A stretch of DNA of 49,271 nucleotides from Octopus bimaculoides (lineage: Eukaryota): NCBI RefSeq assembly GCF_001194135.2, contig NC_069005.1, positions 6,975,042-7,024,312 of the forward strand, written 5' to 3'. The notes under the pieces are model-generated. The model ran no database searches and was not told the DNA's origin. It was given only the letters and a program-made list of their open reading frames with translations. A program made the translations under genes and the position numbers. Positions 11,901-22,118 of the stretch are shown piece after piece; the stretch's first letter is position 1; every line of letters begins with the position of its first letter.

Positions 11901-14900
11901 TAAAAGAGTAAAAAGAAAGTAAACAGTGTATTTGGGTGAGTGTGCATGCGCATCTGTGTGTGTGTGGGTTTATGATAAGAGTGGGCTAAAGAAATACAGC
12001 CATCTCTGTTGTGCACATTTATCTCCTGTTATTTGGCAGTTTCACAAACTGAAACCAATGAAACAGGGACTGCAGGGTCAGCATTATCGACATAAAACTC
12101 TTGGCCGTTGATGGCACTCTGCCATGGTTGTAGTCCATTGAGACCAGATCAAAAAAAAGAAACAAATGTGGAGGCAGGTTGGGTGTGAGGGCAATTGTAA
12201 CTTACTTCTTCATAAATGTCGCTTTCTTCACTGTCATCAATGACAGGTTGTTTTGTGGTGTTTCCAATGTTCAACTGTATATATAAAGAAAGAGAGAGTG
12301 TATATACATTTGTGTCCATCAAAGTTAGATTATGTGGCTTTACTTACAATTTAGATTAACCTTTTAGCATTCAAATCATTTTTTACAATATTTCTATTGA
12401 AATTGTGGCACTTTGTTAGATTCAATGACGAGGGTTCCAGTTGATCCAATCAACGGGCAAGTGGCTGAGTACACCACAGACACGTTGTACCCTTAGGGGA
12501 AATTCAGTGTGACAAGGCTGGCTCCTTTGAAATACAGGTACAAAAGAAACAGGAAGAAAGAGTGAGAGAAAGTTGTGGTGAAAGAGTACAGTAGGGTTCG
12601 CCACCACCCTCCCCTGCAGGAGCCTCACGGAGCTTTAGGTGTTTTCGCTCAATAAACACTCACAACGCCCAGCCGAAATGTTGTGTTAACAACAAACAAG
12701 ATGAGGACAAATATCCATCAAATGTAAATAATGTACATAATTCCTCATCTCTTAAATTATTAAACCAGTGTTTGGCACAAATTAACATGGAATTTTGATG
12801 GAAGGTTTTTAATTTAGATCACATTAAACAGGAAGTTTGTATCAAACAACCATGGGCAGTATTCTACCTGTTTTATGTTCAAACTGACCAGATCCTTCTT
12901 CTCACACCTGTCCTACAATACCATTGTAAAAATAACAATCACAACATTGAAATCTCCAAGCCATGAGATAATGCCCGATTAATTCAAAACAATGTGAATA
13001 AAGAAAGCATTACATTTGATAAAATAATCTGAGTGCTAAAACATTAAACCAACCATGTCTAGTCCAAATATTATGTTTTATGTTCATACCGGCCAGATCT
13101 GGTCACTCACACCTACCCTATAATGTCATTCGAAAATTATACAATCGCATCATGGGAATCTTGAAGCTATGAGTTAATGCTTGGTTAATTCGAAACAATG
13201 GGAATCAGTAAGCATTACATTTGACAGAGTAACCTGAATGCTAAAGGGTTGAATAACAAATAAGAAAGAAATGAAAGCCATGTTAAATCAGTGATTTTCA
13301 AACAGGGCCCATGCTAGCAAATTAATAAAATTAGGGAACCACAGTAGTATATTGAGGGTCCATGGAAAATTCTGCCTTACATACATTTATTACAAGAAAC
13401 GACAAAATTTATTTCTCTGTTTTACAAAGTTCGTCCCACACAAGTGAATGTGTGACAAATAAAATAGGAATTTTGAAAGTGCCTATAAAACTAGTTTTCA
13501 AACATCGAATGGCTACGGTGGGGTCCACCAGAATAAAATAGGAATCAGAGGGGTTGATAGATTAAGAAAGAAAAAAAAAAGAAAAAAAGTGGAGAATCAA
13601 ACCATGGGGTTAAAATCAAATATTCTGGCCTTACCTGTGGAGAATAAAATAGGAATCAGAGGGGTCGATAGATTAAGAAAAAAAAAAAGAAAAAAAAGTT
13701 GAGAATCAAACCATGGGGTTAAATCAAATATTCTGGCCTTACCTGAGGAGGATAATACAAGTTGATAGAATTGTAGAAACGATAATTTGTGAATCCCATC
13801 AGAGTTGTGTAAAACTCAACGAACGTTTCCATGATTTTATAATCAACATCTGTCGCATACTGTGCAATGAATGAAAAACAACACTTAATTAACACAAGAC
13901 ACAGTAATTAACAAAAATTTGGTGGTTATAACAGAATAAGTTTATAAAGCAAGACTGTCTTGGGGCTAGTATCTTTTATGTTCTACTTGTTTCAGTCATC
14001 AGAATGCGGCCACGCTGGGGCAATGCTCTGAAGGGGTTTTAGTCAGACAAATCAACTCCAGTAGGTTTTGCTTTTTAAAGCCTAGTACTTATTTTATCGG
14101 TCTCTTTTTGCAGAAGAACCACTAAGTTATGGGGATGTAAACAAACCAACACTGGTTGCCGAGTGGTGGTGGTGGTGGAGTACAAACACAAAGGCACACA
14201 CACATGGAGATATACATACATACATACATACACATATATATATATATAAATATGATGGGCTTCTTTCAGTTTCCATCTACCGAAACTGTTCACGAGGTTT
14301 TCATTGGTCCAAGGTTATAACAGAAAACACTTGCCCAGCGTGTCACACAGTGGAACTGAACCCAGAACCATATGGTTGGGAAGCAAGCTTCTTATCACAC
14401 AGCCATACCTGTGCCTTTATTTATTTATTTTTTTGCATTAGCCCAAGATGATTTGAAAAAGCTCTTGCCAGTGAAGATCCCTCATTTACAGGTGTGTGTA
14501 TGTGTATCCCTACTACTGTCCCTTGTCACTTCATCCTTCCTGATCCACCCCTATTTCCTTCTGATCACTTCTCCTTTCCAAACTGATATTTGTTGCATCC
14601 AATTCAATCCCCATCTCTAATCATCCATCACACCATTTTCACTCTAGCACACCTACTTATCCACCCTAATCATGTTCTTCTGTCCCCTCTCTCTCTCTCA
14701 TTTTCACTTTGTACCCTGACCTCACTTCTCTCTCTCTTTCCAGATGGGCAGGTCACGTATTCACCTCTTCAGCAAGGCACCATACCTTCACACCCCACAG
14801 TACTACTATTCCAGCCAGTTGAGGGAATCTTGCCACGTGCGTACTTGGTGATTTCACCAGTGCTAGCGCCATGAAAGAAGCACCCAATACACTCTGTGAA

Positions 14901-17900
14901 GAGGTTGGCATTAGGAAGGGTATCCAGCTGTAGAAACCAGGAAAGGTGACCCTGAAGTGGTTAAATATGACCAGTTTAATAGGAGCAGGTTCAAGTGGGG
15001 TTTTAGCACGAGACCAAGGGCTGTGTTACAGAGATTGTAATAAGATCAGGGATAATCCTGTAATGTAACCCTTGTGTGGGTCCTTATTAAACCGGAGAAA
15101 TACTTACATTGTGGGCAACAGCATGAGGGATCACCCAGTTGACTTTAGTTCCTTGAATGTCAGCCTGGAAGTAAATACCTTTGATGGAGATGAACACCTG
15201 AAAAATAAAACATCAAACACAGATTACCAACAGAATTATAAACATGTGAAGGTGTATGGCTTAATGGGGACAGAGAAACTAGGGTTTGCAAGAGTGTGAA
15301 GAGGGTAAGAGATAGGGGAAGTGTGAGGGGAAAGCCGACACCACCCAAAGGATTGTGTAGGGCTGAAGGGTTGATGCAAGGCTGGGGATTGCCAAAGGTG
15401 TCAGAAATAGGGAGCAAGAGGGATGGTTACCAAACCAAATAGTTATAGTAATTTTATCCAAAGAATGAAATTAACTGTGTACTGACCTTTCTCAAGGATT
15501 TCGAAGCTATTATGTAATGCATGAACTCCACTGCAATGGAAAAAAAAAAAAAGAAATTAAGGAAGAAAGAAAAAAAAAACTTTATTAGTTTTAATATTGA
15601 ACCTATTTAGGTAGACATTTAAACCAGCCATACCCAGCCCAAGTATTTCTACCTGTTTTATATTTGTATCAGCCAAATCTAACTTCTCACACCTACCTTA
15701 CCATGTCGTTCTAAAAATAAACAATCACATCATTGAAGTCTCGTAGCTACAAGACAATGCATGATTAACTGAAAACAATTGTGAATAAATAATTCCATTT
15801 GACAGAGTAATCTGAATGCTAAAGGGTCGATCTCATCCAAATGCACTGATATTATAAAAAAAATGAAGGCAGGGAGCTGGCAGAACCATTAGCACATCAA
15901 GCAAAATGCTTAGCGGTATTTTGTCTGTCTATATGTTCTGAGTTCAAATTCTGCCAAGTTCAACTTTGCCTTTCATCCTTTTGGGGTCGATGTAATCAAC
16001 TAGCCACCCCCATCCTCCCCCAAATTTCAGGCCTTGTGCCTATCGTAGAAAGGATTATTTGTAAATCAATACTTGTATAATGTTGTGATACGATAAAAGC
16101 CGCAGCCCCACCCCCACCCACCAAAATCCACTTTGTCTTTCCTTACCTGTAAGTCGGCGACAGAGCCTGATACGATGAACATTGACTCGCTGCATTTTTG
16201 GAAACGTTGCAAAGAGAAACAATAACGACAGGCAGTCGTCCAAATCACAAAGGGCATCAGCAAATGTCGGGTAACTGGGGAAAAAAGGAAACACACTGAT
16301 TAGTCATCACACATACACACACGTAGTGTATTCTCAGGTGTGCAAATTACCAGAGAATATAGTGTAAACATTCTAACATCGTCACTATCTTCCCAAATCC
16401 TGCTGCATTCCACATGGAATTCTTGGTTTTCCAAAGTTGTCTTTTTGTGTAAGTTGACTTATCTATCTTTGGCTGTAAACTTTGGCCTGAAAAATTCACC
16501 TTGTATACCAGAAAATATGGTACAATTTCTTCCACAAACACATTCTCTCAAACCCTAACACACTGTATTTTCCAACATACAAGTCAACATAGTATATAGT
16601 GTAACCATTCAAACATCGTCCTTATCTTCCCAAATCCTGCTGCATTTCACATGGAATTCATGGTTTTCCAAAGTCGTCTTCATGTATAAGTAAATTTTGG
16701 TCTGAAAAGTTCAACTTGTAATGCCAGAAAATATGGTACAAATTCTTTCACACACACATTCCCTCAAACCCTAGCATACTGTATTTTCCAACATATGAGT
16801 CAATGTAGTAAATAGCATAAACTTATAAACATTCAAATAGCATCACTATTTCTCAAATCCTGCTATTTCCCATAGAATTCTTGGTCCACCAAAGTCGTTT
16901 TTGTGTATAAGATGACTTATCTTTTTTTGGCTGAAAAATTTGACTTGTGATGCCAGAAAATATGGTCATTATCTTCCCAAATCCTGCTTCATTTCACATT
17001 GAATTATTGTTCCCTTAACTCTTTAGCATTTAAACTGGTTGTATGTGGCCCAAATATTCTACCTATTTTATGTTCAAACTGGCCTCTCACACCTACCCAG
17101 CAAGATTATCCCTAAAAATAGACAATCACATCATCAAAACCTCATAGCTGTGAGATAATGCATGATTAATTCAAAACAGATGTGAATAAATAAGCACCAC
17201 ATTTGACAGAGCAATCTGAATGCTTAAAGGGTTAAAGTCGTCTTGGTGTGTTCGCTGACCTAACTTACTGGCTCTAAAGGTTGGTCTGAAAAATTCAACT
17301 TATATACTGGAAAATACAGTATGTTTTCGTAGTTGGTGGAGTTTTGTCCAGAGTGATCTCTAAATGAACAGACTTATCATCAAAAGCCCAAGGTTACAGA
17401 AGAAAACATTTGCCCAGGTGCCACACAATGGGACTGAACTCGAGACCACATAGTTGCGAAACAAGCTTCTTAACCATTATATTAAGAAATCAGTCTAGCA
17501 GGATAACCCCTCAATTGCCACTAAGAAGCACGATTAACCCTTTTGCTACCATATTTCTGCTGGAATACACTGCCTTTGGTTCAATTAATTTTTAGAATAA
17601 CGAAGAATTTATCAAAATAATTTCATCATTATTAAGCATGAAATATTGATGGTTGGTTTTAATTTCGCTCAATTTAAAACAGGAAATTTATATCATGGGA
17701 CCAAGGACAAGCTCATGCATGTTGGTATCAAAAAGGTTAACCCTTTAAGCATTTAAACTGACCATATCTGGCCCGAACATTCTAACTATTTTATGTTGAA
17801 ACTAGCCAGATCCAGTTTCTCACACCTACCCTATAATGCCATTTTAAGAATAAACAATTACATTTTCAAAATCATGAAGCTTCAAGACACGTGATTAATT

Positions 17901-20900
17901 TTTAAAAATCTGGATCAATAAGCATTACATTTAATAGATTAATCTGAATGCCAAAGGATTAAATATAGTGATTCTAAGACCTTACCGTTCTCTCACTACA
18001 TGATCCAATTTGTAAGTTGGTCTGCAATATCTCATCCTCTTGGTGGCGCCTTTCACTCGTTTTTCTTTAACCCTCTTCAACCGCCGCATATAATGCTGTA
18101 TAAGACAAGAATTAGAAGAAAAGTAGCAAGGACATTTAACCCTTTTGATACTAACCTGGCCGTAGCCGGCTGAAAAAATTTTTGATTCATAAGACCAACC
18201 CAGCCGTAAGTACACATTGTTATTTAAATGTGAATTTAAGCATAAATCTCGTTAGTACATTTGTGAAAATAGGTGATTTTACTTTTTAATTAGTTGAGTT
18301 ATAGTATCCGACATTACTTGACGTGATTTCTGAACTCAGTGAATTTTGGGAGATTTTTTCCACATTTTTTCGGCGTCGATTTTTTTTCAACTTCGAAAAT
18401 GGATAGGAGTTTCATGCTATCAAGCAGTGATTCCGAATTTAAAGGTTTTTCAACAGAAAATACAGAGATATCGAGAAAAAGAATGAATGAGGTACAAAAG
18501 CACGTGGTGTACGAGAATGAATAGGATATTTCTGTATCCGAAACCGAAAGCAGCAATAGCGACAGCAAAGACGGAATGAAGTAAAAACTTTAAAAATGTT
18601 TTTATTAGCAATTTTTCTGAGGAGATGGGATCTATCCATAGTCTTTCTTAGGAAGTGAAACCGTTAGACTTTTATTTTTCTCAGTATGCTTGTTTGAAGA
18701 TGATGATGATGATGATGATGATGATAACAGGCTTCTTTTACGTTCTGTCTACTAAGTCTATGCACGGAGCTTTGGTTGGTCTAGGGATGTGGTAGAAAAC
18801 ACTAGCTGAACCCAGAACCATTTAGCAGGGAAGCAAACTTTTTACCGTACAGCCATATACACACACACACACTCACAGCTGCTCATATGCATTCACATAC
18901 TCTCTTTCTCTCTCACACACACTCCCTTGCTTTCTCTTCCCCACATTGGCACCTACCTTGAATTCTCTAAACTTCTTGATGATGGGTTCGTGTGAGAGAA
19001 ATGCAATGTCTTTGACATGGTAGTAAGTGTGGATGGCTCGGCTGCCATGACCAACAGCCTTCTTCTTCTTTGGTTCTTGTGGATACACACCTTTCAGGAT
19101 GCATAGACGCCTGTCAAAGAGAGAGAGAAAATAAAGTTAAAACACAGACACAACAAAAAAGAATTCAAATGTGTGTGTGTGTGTGTTTGTATGCATGTAT
19201 GTCATCATCATCATCGTTTAACGACTGCTTTCCATGCTAGCATGGGTTGGACGATTTGACTGGAGTCTGGCGAACCAGATGGCTACACCAGACTCCAATC
19301 TGATCTGGCAGAGTTTCTACAGCTGGATGCCTTTCCTAACGCCAACCACTCTGAGAGTGTAGTGGGTGCTTTTTACGTGCCACCAGCATGAGGGCCAGTC
19401 CGGCGGTACTGGCAACGGCCACGCTCAAATGGTGTTTTTCTACATGCCACCTGCACAGGAGTCAGTCCAATGTTTCGTTCACATGCCACCGGCACAAGTG
19501 CCAGTAAGGCGAAGCTGGAAACGATCGCATTCCAATGGTGCTTTTTACATGCCACCGGCACGGAAGCGAGACCATATATATATATATATAGGCGCAGGAG
19601 TGGCTGTGTGGTAAGACTGCCCTGACTGAGCCAATCNNNNNNNNNNGATCTGGCAGAGTTTCTACAGCTGGATGCCTTTCCTAACGCCAACCACTCTGAG
19701 AGTGTAGTGGGTGCTTTTTACGTGCCACCAGCATGAGGGCCAGTCCGGCGGTACTGGCAACGGCCACGCTCAAATGGTGTTTTTCTACATGCCACCTGCA
19801 CAGGAGTCAGTCCAATGTTTCGTTCACATGCCACCGGCACAAGTGCCAGTAAGGCGAAGCTGGAAACGATCGCATTCCAATGGTGCTTTTTACATGCCAC
19901 CGGCACGGAAGCGAGACCATATATATATATATATAGGCGCAGGAGTGGCTGTGTGGTAAGACTGCCCTGACTGAGCCAATCTATAATTTAAAACATTTCA
20001 GCTCTAACCAATGTGGTTCATGTCATGCACACCTTATCCCATGTCTCTTTCCTTCTTTAACAAGGTAGGGTGTAATTTGAGTCCTATTTCTTGCAGAATG
20101 GAAAACACATTAAATCCAGTCGCAAGGCTTTGATCAGCCCAGGGCCAAAGCACAAGGCACTCGCCAAGTTGCCACGCTGTGTGGACCGATCCCAAGACAA
20201 CATAGCTGGGAAACAAACTGCTTATCACATGGCCACGTCTGCAGCACAGATCCATTAAAACACATCACACTTGCCACTAATCTAATCTCCAACTTTTCAT
20301 ATCGGATCAACAAGGAAAGAAAGAAAGAAAGGAAGGAAGGACTGACCTGAAGTCTGGCAGAGAAAGTTGTAGTTTCTGTATTGCTTTCCTTCTTGTAATG
20401 AACTGGGTGGCTTCACCCTTTTCATACTGAAAACAGATAAAAGATAACCATAAAAATCTTGCATTAGATAAACCAACACACACACACACACACAACACAT
20501 ACATTTATATTTGCACCCACCAGCTATGTTATGCTTGTTTTCATCAATGTCCTCAATATTTGCTTATTCCCAGCAGCTTTTTGCTATTGACTAAAGGCGG
20601 TGCTCCACCATGGCCGCGGTCAAATAACAAACAAACAAGAGTAAAAGAGTAAGTGTACCCCCAGCCCTGACTTTTCGTTTCCTCATGCCTTTNNNNNNNN
20701 NNNNNNNNNNNNNNNNNNNNNNNNNNNNNNNNNNNNNNNNNNNNNNNNNNNNNNNNNNNNNNNNNNNNNNNNNNNNNNNNNNNNNNNNNNNNNNNNNNNN
20801 NNNNNNNNNNNNNNNNNNNNNNNNNNNNNNNNNNNNNNNNNNNNNNNNNNNNNNNNNNNNNNNNNNNNNNNNNNNNNNNNNNNNNNNNNNNNNNNNNNNN

Positions 20901-21830
20901 NNNNNNNNNNNNNNNNNNNNNNNNNNNNNNNNNNNNNNNNNNNNNNNNNNNNNNNNNNNNNNNNNNNNNNNNNNNNNNNNNNNNNNNNNNNNNNNNNNNN
21001 NNNNNNNNNNNNNNNNNNNNNNNNNNNNNNNNNNNNNNNNNNNNNNNNNNNNNNNNNNNNNNNNNNNNNNNNNNNNNNNNNNNNNNNNNNNNNNNNAAAT
21101 TTACTGAAATTTTCTACATATACTTTTCAGGGTAATCTTCAAGTTTAGGGGGATAAAAAAAACAAATAAAAATATTCAAGGAAAGTAAGTGAACGTCTTA
21201 CCAGTATTATCCGTTTTCTTCTAGCTGTTTATAAATAAATCACACCCTAACCCTAATCCTAACGTCAATCAAATCTCGTGTGTGATTTATTTATAAACAG
21301 AGATGTACGGAGAATACTGGTAAGACGTTCAGTTACTTCCCTTGAATATTTTTATTTATTTTTTTTATCCCCCTAAACTTGAAGATTACCCTTTTCAGAT
21401 GGTGTAGATTACGATTACGCCGGAATTTCATAAGGGAAAAGACAAAACTGGTCAGCGTACATGGATGCATACTAACACACAATTACATACATAGCTACAA
21501 AATGAAACTTGTCATTTTGTAAAAATTTGTGGTGCGTGTCATTATTTATGTGTATGTACCTACAATTTTGGGGGTTTTTTACATTAAATTCTGAAATAAT
21601 CGGAATCGTAATGAAAAGATAAAAACATTAAAAAAAATTACGCGATGTTAAGAGGACGGGATGTAACAAACACATATATATACATACACACGCATATTTT
21701 ATAGATAGATATTAGAGACACATATTTTTTAATGTTTATACTAACATAAACATTTAAATGTATTAAATTTAAGCATCTTTAAATCATAAATAACAGCAAT
21801 CAACTCAAATACCTTTCTGTCTCGCTGCAT
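2043..21830 (-). CDS. PES1: Pescadillo homolog (PeBoW complex, 60S biogenesis), 17 coding exons; whole-gene span
   Basis: Spliced translation gives [40 protein letters not shown]...[12 protein letters not shown]..., [25 protein letters not shown], a BRCT-like region ([11 protein letters not shown]...ISHQIVDRP...[13 protein letters not shown]), PPHLSPFV, an acidic tract and a basic C-terminus, all typical of pescadillo/Nop7. Every resolved intron is GT-AG with compatible phases. Confidence 0.97.
3317..3490 (-). CDS. PES1: PES1 exon 16 (174 nt)
   Basis: gagcag|AAGCGC...CAGGAG|gtgagt; ...[31 protein letters not shown]. The acceptor choice is less certain because the upstream phase is in the gap. 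Confidence 0.88.
4672..4983 (-). mobile_element. Dispersed SINE-like repeat (family F), runs into gap
   Basis: Closely similar second copy at about 12426-12670 (GGGTTCCAGTTGATCC...GTTTTCGCTCAATAAACACTCACAA). Confidence 0.7.
5396..5441 (-). CDS. PES1: PES1 exon 15, 5' part only (runs into N gap 4984-5395)
   Basis: tttttatttcag|CCTCAGGAAAG...; [15 protein letters not shown]. Phase 1 matches exon 14. The donor is hidden in the gap. Confidence 0.65.
6249..6383 (-). CDS. PES1: PES1 exon 14 (135 nt), acidic tract
   Basis: caacag|AAGGTGAA...AAAAGA|gtaagc; [45 protein letters not shown]. Confidence 0.85.
7058..7230 (-). CDS. PES1: PES1 exon 13 (173 nt)
   Basis: tttcag|TTACTAT...CAAG|gtaagg; [48 protein letters not shown]. 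Confidence 0.96.
7316..7572. mobile_element. hAT-like MITE, 257 bp
   Basis: TIRs CAGAGGTTTTCAAACT / AGTTTGAAAACCCCTG. 8-bp TSD GTGGAGAC (7308-7315) / GTGTAGAC (7573-7580), 7 of 8 matching. Confidence 0.85.
8783..8908 (-). CDS. PES1: PES1 exon 12 (126 nt)
   Basis: ctgcag|TTCTTTT...TCACG|gtacgt; [42 protein letters not shown]. Confidence 0.95.
9409..9542 (-). CDS. PES1: PES1 exon 11 (134 nt)
   Basis: cttcag|CCTGAG...ATTCG|gtaagt; ...[23 protein letters not shown], start of the BRCT domain. Confidence 0.95.
10737..10817 (-). CDS. PES1: PES1 exon 10 (81 nt)
   Basis: ttccag|CAACTG...GTCAAT|gtaagt; [27 protein letters not shown] (LAA and DEFP motifs). Confidence 0.9.
11511..11916 (+). mobile_element. 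tRNA-derived CORE-type SINE (family A), near full-length copy
   Basis: A/B-box-like head (TGGCTGTGTGGT...GGGTTCAGTCCC), GCACCTTGGGCAAGTG core similar to the MIR/CORE domain, internal TA/TG microsatellite, GTAAAAGA tail. Other approximate copies: 278-545, 1160-1315(-), 4050-4445, 6530-6720(-), 6700-6960, 9710-10030, 10996-11360, 13975-14410(-), 22030-22463(-), 27075-27212, 35495-35580(-). Confidence 0.85.
12206..12274 (-). CDS. PES1: PES1 exon 9 (69 nt)
   Basis: atacag|TTGAAC...GAAGAA|gtaagt; [23 protein letters not shown]. Poorly conserved linker, but splice sites and phase fit. Confidence 0.8.
13743..13859 (-). CDS. PES1: PES1 exon 8 (117 nt)
   Basis: gcacag|TATGCG...CCTCAG|gtaagg; [39 protein letters not shown]. 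Confidence 0.95.
15108..15197 (-). CDS. PES1: PES1 exon 7 (90 nt)
   Basis: tttcag|GTGTTC...CACAAT|gtaagt; [30 protein letters not shown]. Confidence 0.95.
15487..15530 (-). CDS. PES1: PES1 exon 6 (44 nt)
   Basis: tgcag|TGGAGTTC...AGAAAG|gtcagt; [15 protein letters not shown]. Confidence 0.93.
16147..16274 (-). CDS. PES1: PES1 exon 5 (128 nt)
   Basis: ccccag|TTACCCG...ACAG|gtaagg; [42 protein letters not shown]. Confidence 0.95.
16358..17320. repeat. Diverged tandem repeat of about 237 bp; the last unit is split by a MITE
   Basis: TTCCCAAATCCTGC anchors at 16390, 16627, 16850 (variant) and 16974; unit sequence resumes at about 17236 after the MITE. Confidence 0.8.
17015..17235. mobile_element. 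TTAA-flanked piggyBac-like MITE (family D)
   Basis: TTAA|CTCTTTAGCATT...AATGCTTAAAGGG|TTAA. Other copies at 17737-17962, about 1-165, 12857-13252 (two), 15616-15826; fragments at about 1845, 8700-8770(-), 30230-30270(-). Confidence 0.8.
17534..17740. mobile_element. TTAA-flanked piggyBac-like MITE (family E)
   Basis: TTAA|CCCTTTTGCTACC...GGTATCAAAAAGG|TTAA. Related pieces at about 10939-10996 plus 11365-11502, and 12760-12850. Confidence 0.75.
17986..18095 (-). CDS. PES1: PES1 exon 4 (110 nt)
   Basis: tacag|CATTAT...GAACG|gtaag; [37 protein letters not shown]. Confidence 0.93.
18957..19110 (-). CDS. PES1: PES1 exon 3 (154 nt)
   Basis: tgacag|GCGTCTA...TTCAAG|gtaggt; [51 protein letters not shown]. 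Confidence 0.95.
19202..19580 (-). mobile_element. (GAT)n-tailed repeat (family C, probable RTE 3'UTR), representative copy
   Basis: Shares ...GGAAGGGCATCCAGCTGTAGAAAC...AACCCATGCTAGCATGGAAAGCGGACGTTAAAC(GAT)n with approximate copies at 2394-2672(-), 5590-5810(+), 8205-8366(+), 8413-8600(+), 10065-10250(-), 10425-10705(-), 23090-23450(+), 24796-24930(-), 26850-27030(+), 40203-40542(+), 43198-43385(-), 45330-45766(+). Confidence 0.85.
20347..20426 (-). CDS. PES1: PES1 exon 2 (80 nt)
   Basis: ttttcag|TATGAAAAG...GACTTCAG|gtcagt; [27 protein letters not shown]. Confidence 0.95.
21130..21391. mobile_element. Foldback DNA element, about 115-bp arms, 6-bp TSD, in PES1 intron 1
   Basis: Arms 21130-21245 and 21280-21391 begin GGGTAATCTTCAAGTTTAGGGGGA; loop contains CCCTAACCCTAATCCTAA; TTTTCA on both flanks. 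Confidence 0.8.
21813..21830 (-). CDS. PES1: PES1 exon 1 coding part (MQRDRK), candidate
   Basis: AAA ATG CAG CGA GAC AGA AAG followed by GTATTT. Phase 0 joins YEKGE. Length and basic character fit orthologue N-termini as I recall them (Drosophila MRRPKK-YEAGEAT). Too short to prove by homology alone. Confidence 0.6.
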
Positions 21831-21851
21831 TTTCGATGCAATAAGCTGACC

Positions 21852-21996
21852 CACGTGTCTTGTGAGGTTTAGCAAAGTTTAACGGAGAGCTCCAGTATAA
21901 AGGGGAAATAACTGATAGCACGTCATTCAAATTGTTGTTTCCGAAATAAATTGGTGTTGATCTCCCTTTGTAACGCTGACCTTACAGACAGGAAGT
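21852..21996 (-). promoter_or_regulatory. PES1 proximal promoter / 5'UTR motifs
   Basis: CACGTG E-box at 21852-21857, ATGACGTG (minus) at 21919-21926, CAGGAAGT ETS-like site at 21989-21996, all within 170 bp of the candidate ATG. Confidence 0.4.
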
Positions 21997-22060
21997 CAAA
22001 TGCGTTCCAACCGTGGTGCTCCTGTACTATTTTACTTGTTTTAGTCATTTGACTGTGGCC

Positions 22061-22118
22061 AGGGTTAGGGTTAGGGTTAGGGTTAGGGTTAGGGTTAGGG
22101 TTAGGGTTTGAGTTAGGT
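22061..22118 (+). repeat. Interstitial telomeric repeat, AGGG(TTAGGG)7 plus two degenerate units
   Basis: Seven perfect TTAGGG units at 22065-22106, then TTTGAG TTAGGT. Confidence 0.95.

Noticed and set aside
2121-21812. Intronic snoRNAs, which are often hosted by ribosome-biogenesis genes
   Set aside because: The TGATGA/TCATCA matches I saw belong to (GAT)n repeat tails; no convincing C/D or H/ACA structure by eye. An Infernal/snoscan run would be needed to exclude them.
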